Shown: in pieces, positions 1-13,944 of the stretch
How positions within the stretch are numbered: position 1 is the first letter of the stretch
Layout of the letters: the number at the start of each line of letters is the position of its first letter
DNA from: Eledone cirrhosa
Taxonomy: Eukaryota
NCBI GenBank assembly: GCA_964016885.1
Contig: CAXHJY010000212.1
Location: 1 to 64,000, forward strand
Reading direction: 5' to 3'
DNA: 64,000 nucleotides
The notes under the pieces: generated by a model
Told to the model about the DNA's origin: nothing
Database searches by the model: none
Seen by the model: the letters and a program-made list of their open reading frames with translations, nothing else
Made by a program: the position numbers and the translations under genes

Positions 1-15
1 CATATACATATATAC

Positions 16-46
<31 letters not shown>

Positions 47-161
47 CATATATATATATACATATATACATACATATATATATACACATATATATATATA
101 TACATATATATATACATACATATATATATATATGTATGTATATATATATATATATACATAC

Positions 162-192
<31 letters not shown>

Positions 193-496
193 CATATGTA
201 CATACATATATATACACATATATATATATACATATATATATACATACATATATATATACACATATATATATATACATATATATATACATACATATATACA
301 TACATATATACATATATATATATACATACATATATATATACATATATATATATACATATATATATACATATATATATACATATATATATACATATATATA
401 TACATATATATATACATATATATACATATATATATACATATACATATATATATACATATATATATACATACATATATACATACATATATACATACA

Positions 497-536
<40 letters not shown>

Positions 537-657
537 CATACATATATATATTATATACATATATATATACATATATATATATACACATATATATATATAT
601 ATACATATATATACACATATATATATACATATACATATATATATATACATATACACA

Positions 658-707
<50 letters not shown>

Positions 708-739
708 CATATATACATATATATCTACATATTTATATA

Positions 740-777
<38 letters not shown>

Positions 778-978
778 ATATATACATACATATATACATA
801 TATATATATATACACATATATATACATATACATATATACATACATATATACATATGTATATATACATATATATATATACACACATATATACATATACATA
901 TATACATACATATATACATATGTATATATACATATATATATACACATATATATATACATATACACATATATATATATA
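1..978. repeat. (TA)n/(TACA)n compound microsatellite
   Basis: Continuous TA dinucleotide with interspersed CA; the YI/YT 'ORFs' are artefacts. Confidence 0.97.
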
Positions 979-1219
979 AATCGTCTCAATCTGGATTAGT
1001 CTGGAAGCCTATCAACAACAACAATAATAACGGTACAAACCACCCCCTCCACCACTCACAACACTCCAGCACGATTAAGTACAACAACAACAACAGCAAC
1101 AATTACAACATCAGCAGCATTTACAACAACAACAGCAATAATAACAATTAAACAGCACCAAATCGAACTGCTGAGCAGGACAGACCGTGTTGCACCGAAT
1201 AACCCCAGTCAGAACTGCT

Positions 1220-1590
1220 GTCATCACCACTACTACCACTACCACCACTGCTACTACCACTACAACCACCACTACCACTACTGCCACCGCCACCACAATC
1301 ACTATACTACTACCACTATCATCACGACCACCAACATTATCACCACCACCACCACCACCACCACTATCACCACCACCACCAATATCACCACCACCACCAC
1401 CACTATCATCACCACCACCACTATCACCACCACCACCACCACTATCACCACCACCACCATTATCACCACCACCACCACCACTATCATCACCACCACCACT
1501 ATCACCACCACCACCATCACCAACACTATCACCACCACCACCGCCACTACCACCACCACCACTACCCCCACTACCACCACCGCCGCCGCT
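1220..1590. repeat. (CAC/CAT/TAC)n trinucleotide tract
   Basis: caccaccactatcaccac... repeats. Confidence 0.9.
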
Positions 1591-1632
1591 GCTGTCATCT
1601 TTGCTAGCATTAGCAGCCGAGCCGCCGCCGCT

Positions 1633-1665
<33 letters not shown>

Positions 1666-1879
1666 ATAGCAATTACATTGCAACACCTTCAAAATGGCCG
1701 CCGTCCTGCACTCAATGACCTCGGGACTAGGCCGCCATCGCTGTTGCTTCACTCCGGATTAGCGATAGAAACCGTTCGTTCGTTGTGAACCGTAGCCTCA
1801 CTGACACACATATGTGTGTGTGTATGTGGTGTATGTGTATGTGTGTGTATGTCAGTGTGTGTGTGCGTGCTTATATGCA

Positions 1880-1927
1880 TATATACATTTATATATATAT
1901 ACATACTTTATATATATATATACACAT

Positions 1928-2007
<80 letters not shown>

Positions 2008-2185
2008 ATATATATATATACATATACATATATACATTGATATATATATATATATATACATATATACATTGATATATATATATATATATACATTGATATA
2101 TATATATATATATATATACATTGATATATATACATATATATATATACATTGATATATATACATATATATGTGTATATATATACAC

Positions 2186-2268
<83 letters not shown>

Positions 2269-2272
2269 CACA

Positions 2273-2310
<38 letters not shown>

Positions 2311-2359
2311 CATATATATATACATATATATATACATATATATATACATATATATATAC

Positions 2360-2408
<49 letters not shown>

Positions 2409-2409
2409 C

Positions 2410-2486
<77 letters not shown>

Positions 2487-2523
2487 CATACATATATATA
2501 TATACATACATATATATATATAC

Positions 2524-2570
<47 letters not shown>

Positions 2571-2643
2571 CATATATATATATATACATACATATATATA
2601 TATATATACACACACACATTGATATATATATATATATACACAT

Positions 2644-2685
<42 letters not shown>

Positions 2686-2905
2686 ATAAACAACACAGTA
2701 AACACACACATATATATATATACATAACATAGTACACACACACACATATGTATATATATATACATATATATATATACATTGATATATATATATATATATA
2801 CATTGATATACATATATATATATACATTGATATATATACATATATATATATACATTGATATATATACATATACATTGATATATATACATATATATATATA
2901 TACAC

Positions 2906-3002
<97 letters not shown>

Positions 3003-3007
3003 CATAC

Positions 3008-3038
<31 letters not shown>

Positions 3039-3083
3039 CATATATATATATATACATATATATATATACATATACACACACAT

Positions 3084-3145
<62 letters not shown>

Positions 3146-3260
3146 ATAAACAACACAGTAAACACACACATATATATATATACATAACATAGTACACACA
3201 CACACATATATACATACATACAAACTATTTATATTTATATATATATGTGTGTGTGTATAT
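1880..3260. repeat. (TA)n microsatellite with a duplicated unique block
   Basis: TA tract; block gtataaacaacacagtaaacacacac...ataacatagtacac occurs twice (~2684 and ~3144). Confidence 0.9.
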
Positions 3261-3625
3261 ATACAATGGTGTATATGAAATAGTATACATATTTATGTTT
3301 AATAAATATGCATTTAGTCACGCTATGAAAATATACTGGTCTCATAACACAAACACACACACACATCTATATCTATATTTATCTATCTATGAATACATAT
3401 GTTTATATATATATATATATATATAAACTTGAATGTATTTGTGTTACATTATGTGAGTGGGGTGGGCGTATGTATGTGCGTGTGTGTTGAGTGTGTATAT
3501 GTATGTACGCACGTATGTATGTATATATGTACATATGTATGCACATACATATATACGTACGTACGTACATACATACATACGTACGTACGTATATACATAC
3601 ATACATACGTACGTACATACATATA

Positions 3626-4010
3626 TGGTGGCTGCCAACTCGTTTTCGAGTACGGCCACTACTTTATATCCATGTAGGAGAACCCCTACCGATGCGCTGA
3701 ACGAGTGTGACTTTTTAGTCCAGCCAGCGACTTGAAAACTCTGGTACAAACACTACACTTGTGACAATTATTGACATAGTGCTGGGCCCATGGTACCATG
3801 TGACGACAAGTGCAGAGAGATCTCCAGATATAAAGCAATGCCTGTGTCATGAAGCTTTTATAGTGAGCAAAGGCACTGCACAAAGCCAGTCCCACTCTCT
3901 TAACCAAGATGATATTTACCAAAAAGAAGAACAAGTCAACATCATTGGATACCATCAGAGTTGCAGGTGTTATATCAGAGTTTTCCTTCTCCTAGAATTC
4001 TGCCTTGACA
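3626..4010 (-). mobile_element. Bipartite non-autonomous RTE-clade element, copy A
   Basis: Minus strand has the RTE 5'UTR-type motif ctaggagaaggaaaactctga, then a C-terminal C2H2-like [22 protein letters not shown] and a short 3' tail ending in a TA/TACG microsatellite; near-identical to copies at 15526, 31482, 49162. Confidence 0.75.
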
Positions 4011-4402
4011 TACATATATACGTACGTACGTGCATACATATATACATACATACGTGCATACATATATACATATATACTTACGTACATACATATATACATA
4101 CATACGTATGTATATATGTACGTACATACATACATACATATGTATATATGTATGTACGTATATATGTATGCACGTACGTACGTATATATGTACGTACGTA
4201 TGTACGTACGTACGTATACATGTACGTACGTACGTATATATGTACGTACGTACGTATATATGTATGTATATATCTACGTATGTATGTATATATATAGATA
4301 CATACGTATATATGTATGTACGTATGTATCTATATATGTATGTATATACATACATATTTACATTCGTTCGTTTTAGTTTTGAAGAATATGTATAGCTAGA
4401 AA

Positions 4403-4515
4403 TGGTGGAATGGCCAGAAGCTCGTTAGAACCGTCGGATAGAACGGGTTGCTGTGTTTGTTATGGGTCTCTATGTTGCCAGAAGAAGCCCCTACGACGTC
4501 AACTTTGCCTTTCAT
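4403..4515 (+). mobile_element. Degenerate SINE head (Meta-domain family)
   Basis: ggtggaatggccagaa...gtcaactttgcctttcat resembles the SINE copies at 6015 and 19396. Confidence 0.5.
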
Positions 4516-4524
4516 AAACTCTCC

Positions 4525-4750
4525 AGATACCGGCCACCCTGCGATAAGTTTGCGGTCGAGCCCGTAGCAGTGGCGACATCCGGTGTCCTTGGTCCACCTC
4601 CCTACTCACCACCATAGGCGCAGAGTTGGCTAGCCGCATGTCTGAGCCTCACCAGCTCGAATGGTGGCTCTTCCAGCGCGTCTCCTTCACCATCCACTGG
4701 GGAACCACCTCCCTATTCTGGCCGCCGGTGTCGCGTGGCAGCTAGCGCAT
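4525..4750 (+). mobile_element. Degenerate 3' fragment of CRE-type non-LTR retrotransposon
   Basis: Homologous to 8160-8400 (aaactc...ataccgg...tttgcggt...gcagtgg...ggtgtcct...accataggcgc..gag.tggc.agccgca..tg..gagcc). Confidence 0.6.
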
Positions 4751-4804
4751 GGGCCCTCATTTGCTCACAATAGTGAGAGATGGGGAGAGCGGAAGAGACG
4801 GGGA

Positions 4805-5700
4805 TAGTGACAGTGGGAGTTTGGTTCCTTTGTGCTCGGATCTGGTGTATATGTGAGAGATAGAGAGACAGAGGCAGTGACAGTGGGAGTTTGGTTCCTT
4901 TGTGCTCGGATCTGGTGTATATGTGAGAGATAGAGAGAGGCAGTGACAGTGGGAGTTTGGTTCCTTTGTGCTCGGATCTGATGTATATGTGAGAGATGGA
5001 GAGACAGAGATAGAGGCAGTGGGAGTTTGGTTCCTTTGTGCTCGGATCTGATGTATATGTGAGAGATGGAGAGACAGAGATAGAGGCAGTGGGAGTTTGG
5101 TTCCTTTGTGCTCGGATCTGATGTATATGTGAGAGATGGAGAGACAGAGATAGAGGCAGTGGGAGTTTGGTTCCTTTGTGCTCGGATCTGATGTATATGT
5201 GAGAGATGGAGAGACAGAGATAGAGGCAGTGAGAGTTTGGTTCCTTTGTGCTCGGATCTGATGTATATGTGAGAGATGGAGAGACAGAGGCAGTGACAGT
5301 GGGAGTTTGGTTCCTTTGTGCTCGGATCTGATGTATATGTGAGAGATGGAGAGACAGAGATAGAGGCAGTGAGAGTTTGGTTCCTTTGTGCTCGGATCTG
5401 GTGTATATGTGAGAGATAGAGAGACAGAGGCAGTGACAGTGGGAGTTTGGTTCCTTTGTGCTCGGATCTGATGTATATGTGAGAGATGGAGAGACAGAGA
5501 TAGAGGCAGTGAGAGTTTGGTTCCTTTGTGCTCGGATCTGGTGTATATGTGAGAGATAGAGAGACAGAGGCAGTGACAGTGGGAGTTTGGTTCCTTTGTG
5601 CTCGGATCTGATGTATATGTGAGAGATGGAGAGACAGAGATAGAGGCAGTGAGAGTTTGGTTTTTGGTTCCTTTGTGTTCGGAGCTGGTGTATATGTATG
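4805..5700. repeat. 60-bp minisatellite, about 15 units
   Basis: Unit gtgggagtttggttcctttgtgctcggatctgatgtatatgtgagagatggagagacagagatagaggca repeated in register every 60 nt, with two alternating variants. Confidence 0.95.
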
Positions 5701-6014
5701 TTTCATAGACACACTCACAATTTTTATCGATATTCTAAATATCCGGGAAATCTGTAGCAGAATTTCAAGGTCGTTCATATATACATACATGATGGCTGCA
5801 AACTCTGGTAAGACTATTGCAGTCGTTTATCAGATTACAGAAAATGGTGCACCTTTAGGCTACGGCCAGCCACATGATCCTATAACAGATCTTCAACAAG
5901 CAATGTCTGTGCTTTTAAGGGTTTTTTTAAGTGGTGAAAGGCCTTGCACATACATACATACATATCCAGAACTGTTAACAAATTTCTCTCTCTCCCATTA
6001 TTTAAGACGATATG

Positions 6015-6165
6015 TTTTGCAGCATAGAGTTATGGCTCTTTACGTTCTGAGTTCAAAATACGCCGAAGTTAACTTTGCCTTTCATCCTTGCGGGGTCGAT
6101 AAAAGAAAGTACCAGTAATACACTGGGTAATTTGCTGGCCTTGTGCCAAGGGTAGAAACAATTCT
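6015..6165 (+). mobile_element. tRNA-derived SINE with Meta-type central domain (octopus OR/OK-like)
   Basis: B-box-like gagttcaaaatac, then gcctttcatccttgcggggtcgataaaagaaagtaccagt and tail ctggccttgtgccaa...gaaacaatt. Confidence 0.75.
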
Positions 6166-6172
6166 CTCTCTT

Positions 6173-6223
<51 letters not shown>

Positions 6224-6229
6224 TTATAC

Positions 6230-6387
6230 ACACAAAGAAAATGTGGTAAGATACCAGGTGGACCATAATGCACCAGAGTACTCAATACTTAGGGTAGTAG
6301 AGTGGGTAATAGGAAAAGAGAGAGGACCGCGACCGGATCTAGCTGTCGAAACGGCCGGAGCTCAGTCGTCGGGCTCCTGACTCTTTT

Positions 6388-6392
<5 letters not shown>
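6230..6392. mobile_element. Short dispersed fold-back repeat (probable Penelope pLTR remnant)
   Basis: Shares tgtggtaagataccaggtggaccataa.gcaccagagtactcaatacttaggg and gtcgaaacggc with 11191-11370, 28841-29002, 29085-29223. Confidence 0.6.
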
Positions 6393-6443
<51 letters not shown>

Positions 6444-6483
6444 TAACAGATTAAAGTTTAAGCAAAGAATCGCTGCTTTCACC

Positions 6484-6519
<36 letters not shown>

Positions 6520-6650
6520 TCATATATTTATATACACTCATATATATATATACACTCATATATATATATATATATACACACTCATATACATATATACACA
6601 CTCATATACATATATACACACTCATATACATATATATATATATATACACA

Positions 6651-6685
<35 letters not shown>

Positions 6686-6968
6686 TCATATATATATACA
6701 CTCATATATATATATATATATATACACTCATATATATATATATTCATATATATATATATACATACACTCATATATATATACACTCATATATATATATATA
6801 CATACACTCATATATATATACACTCATATATATATACACATATATATATATACACTCATATATATATACACTCATATACATATATACACTCATATATATA
6901 TACACTCATATATATATACACTCATATATATATATATATATATACACTCATATATATATATATATACA

Positions 6969-7008
<40 letters not shown>

Positions 7009-7289
7009 AACACACGCACAACGTATTTATATATGTGTGTGTTTACAATCACACACACACATATACACACATTTTGCTTCGTGGGTGATCGTGAGCAGTA
7101 GAAAGAGGTGGTAAAGCTACAGGCTGCATTGTGCCAGGTCACTGAGTGCATTTCGGAAATGCAAGCAGCTGTGGCTTGTTCGTACTTATTGATTTCTTCC
7201 ACCTCACTCTCTCGATATCTATCTATCTATCTATGAGTGTATGTATGTGTGTGTATATATATAAATATATATATATATACATATATATA

Positions 7290-7388
7290 CAGGGTGTCCC
7301 AAAAATGTATACACACTTCCACAACATTCTAATAAATATTGCCTGTACAGGTACTCAAAGTGTGTATACATTTTTTGGGGACACCCTG
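7290..7388. mobile_element. Tc1/mariner-type MITE
   Basis: TIRs cagggtgtcccaaaaatgtatacacact / agtgtgtatacattttttggggacaccctg flanked by TA; a half copy lies at 7561-7605. Confidence 0.8.
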
Positions 7389-7395
7389 TATGTAC

Positions 7396-7448
<53 letters not shown>

Positions 7449-7487
7449 ATTAGCAGTTGAAAATTGCGAACAAATATCGTCCGCACC

Positions 7488-7553
<66 letters not shown>

Positions 7554-7619
7554 GTACATACAGGGTGTCCCCCAAAAATGTATACACACTTTGAGTACCT
7601 GTACAGTATATATATATAT

Positions 7620-7722
7620 ATGGTTTCTACAGGACTAGAACTGTTTCATTGGAAGTAAATCACCAGGAAGGCTTTCCTGGTGATTTCCTTCAAATGAAAC
7701 TGTTCTAGTCCTGTAGAAGCCA
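7620..7722. repeat. ~100-bp near-perfect palindrome, related to 51011-51082
   Basis: atggtttctacaggactagaactgtttcattggaag..aatcaccaggaa / ttcctggtgatt..cttcaaatgaaactgttctagtcctgtagaagccat. Confidence 0.8.
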
Positions 7723-7799
7723 TTTCTATATTAAATATATATACTCTGCTATGTATTGAGTACTTTACTTAGTGTGGTTACCCCCGATTGAACCTGGGA

Positions 7800-8401
7800 T
7801 ACACGCTGCGCATTGGCGTTTCCTTGAGGCTCGGCCTCTGCGTCTGTCAGCCACACCAATGTCGCTGCGGATCCACCATGGACTCTTTCGGCCTCCACCC
7901 GCTTTCCTGTCGCCACAGTGCCGGCCGCCTTCCACGCCATGCTGCCCTCAACGAGGTCATAAAGCATGGCTTGGACGCTGCGGGCTTTCCTTCCCAGCTC
8001 GAGCCGGTGGGGCTGGACCGAGTGGACGGCCAAAGGCCAGATGGCATGACCATCTTCCCGTTCCGCAGGATGATACTTGCACCGACACTTTCTGCAGCTG
8101 CAACCTGGTGCAGTCTGCGACTAACCCAAGTTCTGCTACACGTCGGGCTGAGGAGGCCAAACTCCTCAAATACCGGTCGCTCTCCGACAGGTTTGCGGTT
8201 GTACTCCTGGCAGTGGAGACTTCTGGTGTCCTCGGCCCTAGGGCTACCTCACTACTAACCACCATAGGCGCTGAGCTGGCCAGCCGCAGGTGTGAACCCT
8301 GCGAGTTGGAGTGGCTTTTCCGGCGCGTTTCCCTTGCTGTCCTCTGGGGAAACGCCTTCTCCATCCTGTCCACCGGGGCTGTGGGGGCCCCCATCGCGTA
8401 A
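7800..8401 (+). mobile_element. 3' fragment of CRE-clade non-LTR retrotransposon (zinc knuckle + restriction-like endonuclease), frameshifted
   Basis: [17 protein letters not shown]...RHAALNEVI...[10 protein letters not shown], then in another frame TCTDT...AEEAKLLKY...AVETSGVLG...RVSLAVLWGNA, the typical CRE RLE C-terminus. Confidence 0.8.
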
Positions 8402-8579
8402 CATTCCATATTTAAGTATGTGCACTATCATATAGAAGCACAGTATTGTGTTTACATGCATAGATGTTAGTGGAAAATATAATTTTATATTGTCACGGAA
8501 TCTAAAGAGATTTAATTTCAATTACATTAAAATATAGGCCAGTATCTCTTCTATCACACACACACACACACATACACAT

Positions 8580-8610
<31 letters not shown>

Positions 8611-9384
8611 CGTATGTAATTGACAGCTGAGAGAAATGAGTACTCAATACTGAAGTAGAGGTTTAATATTCATTTTATTAACACTGTGTCATAAGAGAAC
8701 TCTTTTGCTGTTTAGTCATAGAGGGAATGACAGTACCTTTGGCCCTTTTACAGGGACACCCGGGATTATTTTGATGGCAAAGTAGCTATCTGAAAACGGA
8801 GTCCGACCTGGTCCGAATGCCTGGACCCAACGACCAGCGTTAAAACCGAGTGACCGATTAGGTCTACCTCATAAGAATACTTGTCAAAATGTGTTCTCTT
8901 TCTCCATAAAATTATTTACAAGATGGATTAGATCTCTGTTTTGACAATGAGAGAGTAACTTAGTTTGAAGAGCTGGCTGGGAAGTGTTGTGGTGTAAATA
9001 CATTTGATGTAATCGTTCATAGTACTTAGAACAGGAACTAAAGAGGATCATAACTTCAGGTGGTCATAGGATGGTGTGGGGGTAGATGGATGCAGGAGGG
9101 GTGGTGTTCCGGGGCATTTTGAATCTGGTGGAGGCCATCAGTTTCTAGGTCAAGAGAGAAGGGGAGAGAAGGGGAGAGGGAGTGGGAGAGGGAGAAAGGG
9201 TGAGGGAGGGATAGTGAAGGAGGGGTGAGGGAGGGAGGGAGAGTGATGGGGGTATGAAGGAGGGGGGGGGGGGGGGTGAAGGAGAGAGAGAGAGAGAGAG
9301 AGAGAGGGTGAAGGAGAGAGAGAGAGTGAAAAGAATGGAGGGAGAGAGAAATGAGAGAGAAAGAGGAGAAGAATCAGCCCCATA

Positions 9385-9640
9385 ATATTGAACAGATATT
9401 GTATTTATCGATTTATCGATCTGGCTGAAAAAGCTGAACGACAGAGTTGATCTCGACAAGATTTGAACCCAGAACACAATGGACCGAACCCAATATCAAA
9501 GCATTTAATCCAGTACCCTGATGACTCTGCCAATTCGTCACCTTTTCCGCAGTACTTGACTGCTACTTATATTATCGTCCTCCCCCGGAAGAACGAAAGA
9601 TAAAATGAATCCCCACTGGAAGTTGAACTCAGAACGTTAA
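9385..9640 (-). mobile_element. Two degenerate Meta-type SINE fragments
   Basis: atttatcga..., atttgaacccagaac and tgaactcagaacgt match the reverse complement of the SINE body. Confidence 0.5.
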
Positions 9641-10709
9641 GAAACTATAATGAGAATAATGAAGAAAATAAATAGAGAAATAAATAAAGGCGGATTTCCT
9701 CCACTTCCGGTGTCGATTTAAACAGAAGAGGTGCACTTATACATGGGGTGGAAGGCGGAGTGGAGGGAGGGATGGGTGGAGAGAGGGAGAAAGGGTATTG
9801 GAGAGGGGTTGGCTTACAACTCGAGAAGAATAAAAAGAAAAAGACATAGACGACGAAGAACAAGAAGAAAAGAAGAAAAACGAAGAAAACGAAAAAGAAA
9901 ACGAAACCGAAAAAGAAGAAAAAGAAGAAAAAGAATGAGAAGAGAAGGAAAAGAAGAAAAGAAGAAAAAGAAGAACAATAACAATAAGGAGGAGACAAAA
10001 GAAAATAAGAAGAGATGAGAAGAAGGTAAGTAATTGTGTTGCACCCCCTCCCCTCCCACTCACACACTCCACACACACACTCCCACACACACACTCCCAC
10101 ACATACACACATATATTTTAAGTTATGTTTTCTGATCATGTCCGCTCATGTGAATTGGAAGATCTAATTGACCTGAATAATGGCGCTACATCCGGCTACA
10201 TCCGGCTCCGGACGTTCATCTTAGTTTATTTATTTATTTATTCATTTATTTATTTGCCTTTTTAATTCCATATAAGGAAGAAGAGAGGAGGCGGAGGGGG
10301 GAGGAGGAAATGAAGTGATAAGATGAAAGTAAAACAAGAACAAACAGAAGAAAACCAAAATGACGACGATGATAAAAAAATAAATAAATAAAAAAGACTA
10401 CTACTACTAGTAGTAGTAGTAGTACTAGTAGTAGTAAACGGTCGTCACTACTGCAAGGCATTTTGTTTGATGGTCTATCGATTCTTGCAATCCATTACAT
10501 ACTACTAAACTCTGAAACGATCGTAAAACAATGAACTAATGAACTATCTACCTCTGAGCTCTGTCTTTTTCTTTTCATTGTTCTAACCACTACCTTGCTC
10601 GTCGATATATCGATCTTCCACGATCAATCGACTCTTTGAAACGATCGTAAAGCAATGAACTAATTAACTAATTACCTACCTCTGACATCTTGTCTTGTGT
10701 TCATTGCTC

Positions 10710-10799
<90 letters not shown>

Positions 10800-10812
10800 T
10801 AAAAATATTAAA

Positions 10813-10948
10813 TTATCTTGACTCTGTATTCCGTTTATCTTTCACCGAAAGTGATATTTCATTGCATCTCTTCTTTCCATGATATCCGGATTACGTTGAG
10901 TTCTTCATACGGATTGGACACTAGCGTAAACTCTTGGTAGATTTATCT

Positions 10949-10950
<2 letters not shown>
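10813..10950. repeat. Dispersed ~135-bp repeat, also at 48223-48360
   Basis: ttatcttgactctgtattccgtttatctttcaccgaaagtgat...ctcttggtagatttatctac near-identical at both sites. Confidence 0.85.
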
Positions 10951-11021
<71 letters not shown>

Positions 11022-11158
11022 ACAATGACTCCGTACCCGGCCCGGGCGGATTCTTCTTCGAGGAAACCTTAAGCAGGGGTCATCTATTACAAACACCACC
11101 TCATATCGCTGTAACCATCTTTCAAAGGACACATCAGACCCATCACAGCCAGGTGAAA

Positions 11159-11190
<32 letters not shown>

Positions 11191-11196
<6 letters not shown>

Positions 11197-11368
11197 GTCA
11201 GGAGCCCGACGGCTGAGCTCCGGCCGTTTCGACAGCTGGATCTAGCTGTCGAAACGGCCGGAGCTCAGCCGTCGGGCTCCTGACTCTTTTCCTATTACCC
11301 ACTCTACTTCCCTAAGTATTGAGTACTCTGGTGCGTTATGGTCCACCTGGTATCTTACCACACCTTTG

Positions 11369-11370
<2 letters not shown>
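11191..11370. mobile_element. Fold-back repeat with 100-bp palindrome (probable Penelope pLTR remnant)
   Basis: 47-bp perfect arms 11191-11237 / 11244-11290 around ggatct, followed by the shared family body. Confidence 0.75.
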
Positions 11371-11423
<53 letters not shown>

Positions 11424-11451
11424 TGTATATTATGTATGTATGTATATATAT

Positions 11452-11488
<37 letters not shown>

Positions 11489-11652
11489 AATTAGTATATC
11501 TAATAACATATATATACACAGATGCATACTTATGCTAGCAAATATATAGGTTTTGTCTTAGTAACTTTGTGGTTCAATGCCAGGGGATGCAGAACAATAA
11601 TATGAGAGACGTAAAATTTAGTAAGTTAATTTTATAATTTTCTTATTTTACG

Positions 11653-11699
<47 letters not shown>

Positions 11700-11700
<1 letters not shown>

Positions 11701-12604
11701 TAGCAGAAGTGCCCGGCGTTGCTCGAAGTTTAATTGTTTTAAAGTACTCTTAATGATTCCACTTAATTATGATTATTGCGACAAAGAAAGTAAATACGGG
11801 TGAGCAAGGAAGGGGGAGTAGCGAAAAATTTCAATTGAACAGTGAATAAGTGGAAAGTGAGTACTAAGTAAGCACGTGAAATAGTAGGTGAAACCTGTAA
11901 GCCAAGCCCGTCTGAGTTATAGCACAAAAGAGCGTAAACAGGGGCGATATTTTGGAGCGATATTTTAGAGCGATATTTTAGAGCGATATTTTGGAGCGAT
12001 ATTTTGGAGCGATATTTTAGGGCGATATTTTAGAGCGATATTTTAGAGCGATATTTTAGAGCGATATTTTGGAGCGATATTTTAGAGCGATATTTTAGAG
12101 CGATATTTTAGAGCGATATTTTAGAGCGATATTTTAGAGCGATATTTTGGAGCGATATTTTGGAGCGATATTTTAGGGCGATATTTTGGAAACAAAATCA
12201 TCAAAATCGGACGTTCCTGAAAAAAGTTTTCGCATTATTTTTTGTCTCATATTGCTAAAAACAAAGAAAAAATGGACAACAATAAAATATGTCTGTTGAG
12301 ATTCAAGTAAATAAATGCTTAAGCGTCGTTATGACTACGTTTCTTGTTGTATAAATTCACCTGTTGCTTTTGAATATTTGTTATTTGATGTAAAATATGT
12401 ATATATATGTATATTAGAAAGTGAGGTTTTTTTACAAAATGAAAAATAACCGAGGTGTCCTACGCTATCTTGTTTTTGTGTGACACACAAAAACAAGATG
12501 GCGTAGGACAGAACAAAGGAGAGGCACAAAAAACAAAGAAAAGAACCCCCAGTCACTGAAGAGGTCACAGAATGTGTGACGAAAGAACTTTGACAATATA
12601 TAAA
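11700..12604 (-). mobile_element. Non-autonomous Helitron-like element
   Basis: Minus-strand 3' end cgagcaacgccgggcacttctgCTAG-t (hairpin plus CTAG), similar to 30310-30339; contains a 14-bp tandem array. Confidence 0.6.
11944..12190. repeat. 14-bp tandem repeat (gagcgatatttt[a/g]), about 17-18 copies
   Basis: Direct inspection. Confidence 0.95.
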
Positions 12605-12611
12605 CAACCAT

Positions 12612-12956
<345 letters not shown>

Positions 12957-12990
12957 CGTCTTAAATGAGTACTAGTGGAGAGAGAAAATA

Positions 12991-13021
<31 letters not shown>

Positions 13022-13037
13022 GTATGTATATATATAA

Positions 13038-13160
13038 GGTGAAGGCGTGTGGCTGAGTGGTTAGAGAATTGGATTCGCAATCGTAAGGTTGTGAGTTCGA
13101 TTCCTGGACCAGGCGATGCGTTATGTCCTTGAGCAAGACACTTTATTTCACGTTGCTCCT
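13038..13160 (+). mobile_element. tRNA-derived SINE 5' part
   Basis: A box tggctgagtgg, B box gagttcgattcc, followed by tgtccttgagcaagacactttatttcac. Confidence 0.75.
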
Positions 13161-13944
13161 TCTACCTGGAGTTGCGACCGATAGATAGTATTAGCAATTG
13201 GAAAGACCAACGGAAACATTGTTCCCTCGGTCCGATTTGACGAAAGTCGATCGTTCCTTTATATATATAAGATGACATGAAATTGAAAGCGTTTTCGACG
13301 TGATCTGTAGATGGAATTTCTCTGCTACTTGTCTCGTCATGTGTGTTGTTGTTGTTGTTACTGTTACAGTTATTGTTCTTGTTGTCATAGATGCTGGTGT
13401 AGAATTAGATTAAACCAATTACATTGGCTCTAGCATGTGTCCCTGCGGTACACCTTACGTCTCTCAGAAATGGCCGACAACCGAACAATTACATTTCAAG
13501 GCAACCGACATATTTAGAGAAAAAAAACGTATTTATACTTTCCAAGACACTCCTTTTTCTAATACACCCCCCCCTCTCTCTCTGAGTATATATATTTATA
13601 TACACACACACATATATATATATATATATACACACACATATACATATATGCACACTCACATACACACACATATATATATACACATATATACATATACGCA
13701 CACACTCACACATATATATATATACACACACATACATATACGCGCACACACACACATATATATATATAGACACATATACATACATATATACACACATATA
13801 TATACACACATACAAATATATATATATACACATATACATATATATATTTACACATACATATATATATATATATACACACACACATATATATATATACACA
13901 CACATATACACACATCTACATAAATACATATATACATACATATA

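Noticed and set aside
132-999. Long YI/YT/CI-rich ORFs here and throughout (e.g. 34266-36826, 55683-58408)
   Set aside because: Translations of (TA)n/(TACA)n microsatellites, which lack stop codons.
1111-1752. Gly-rich or Pro-rich extensin-like ORFs
   Set aside because: Derived from a (CAC)n tract open in several frames; no splice or domain support.
13038-13110. tRNA gene
   Set aside because: The acceptor stem does not close and it continues into a SINE body.
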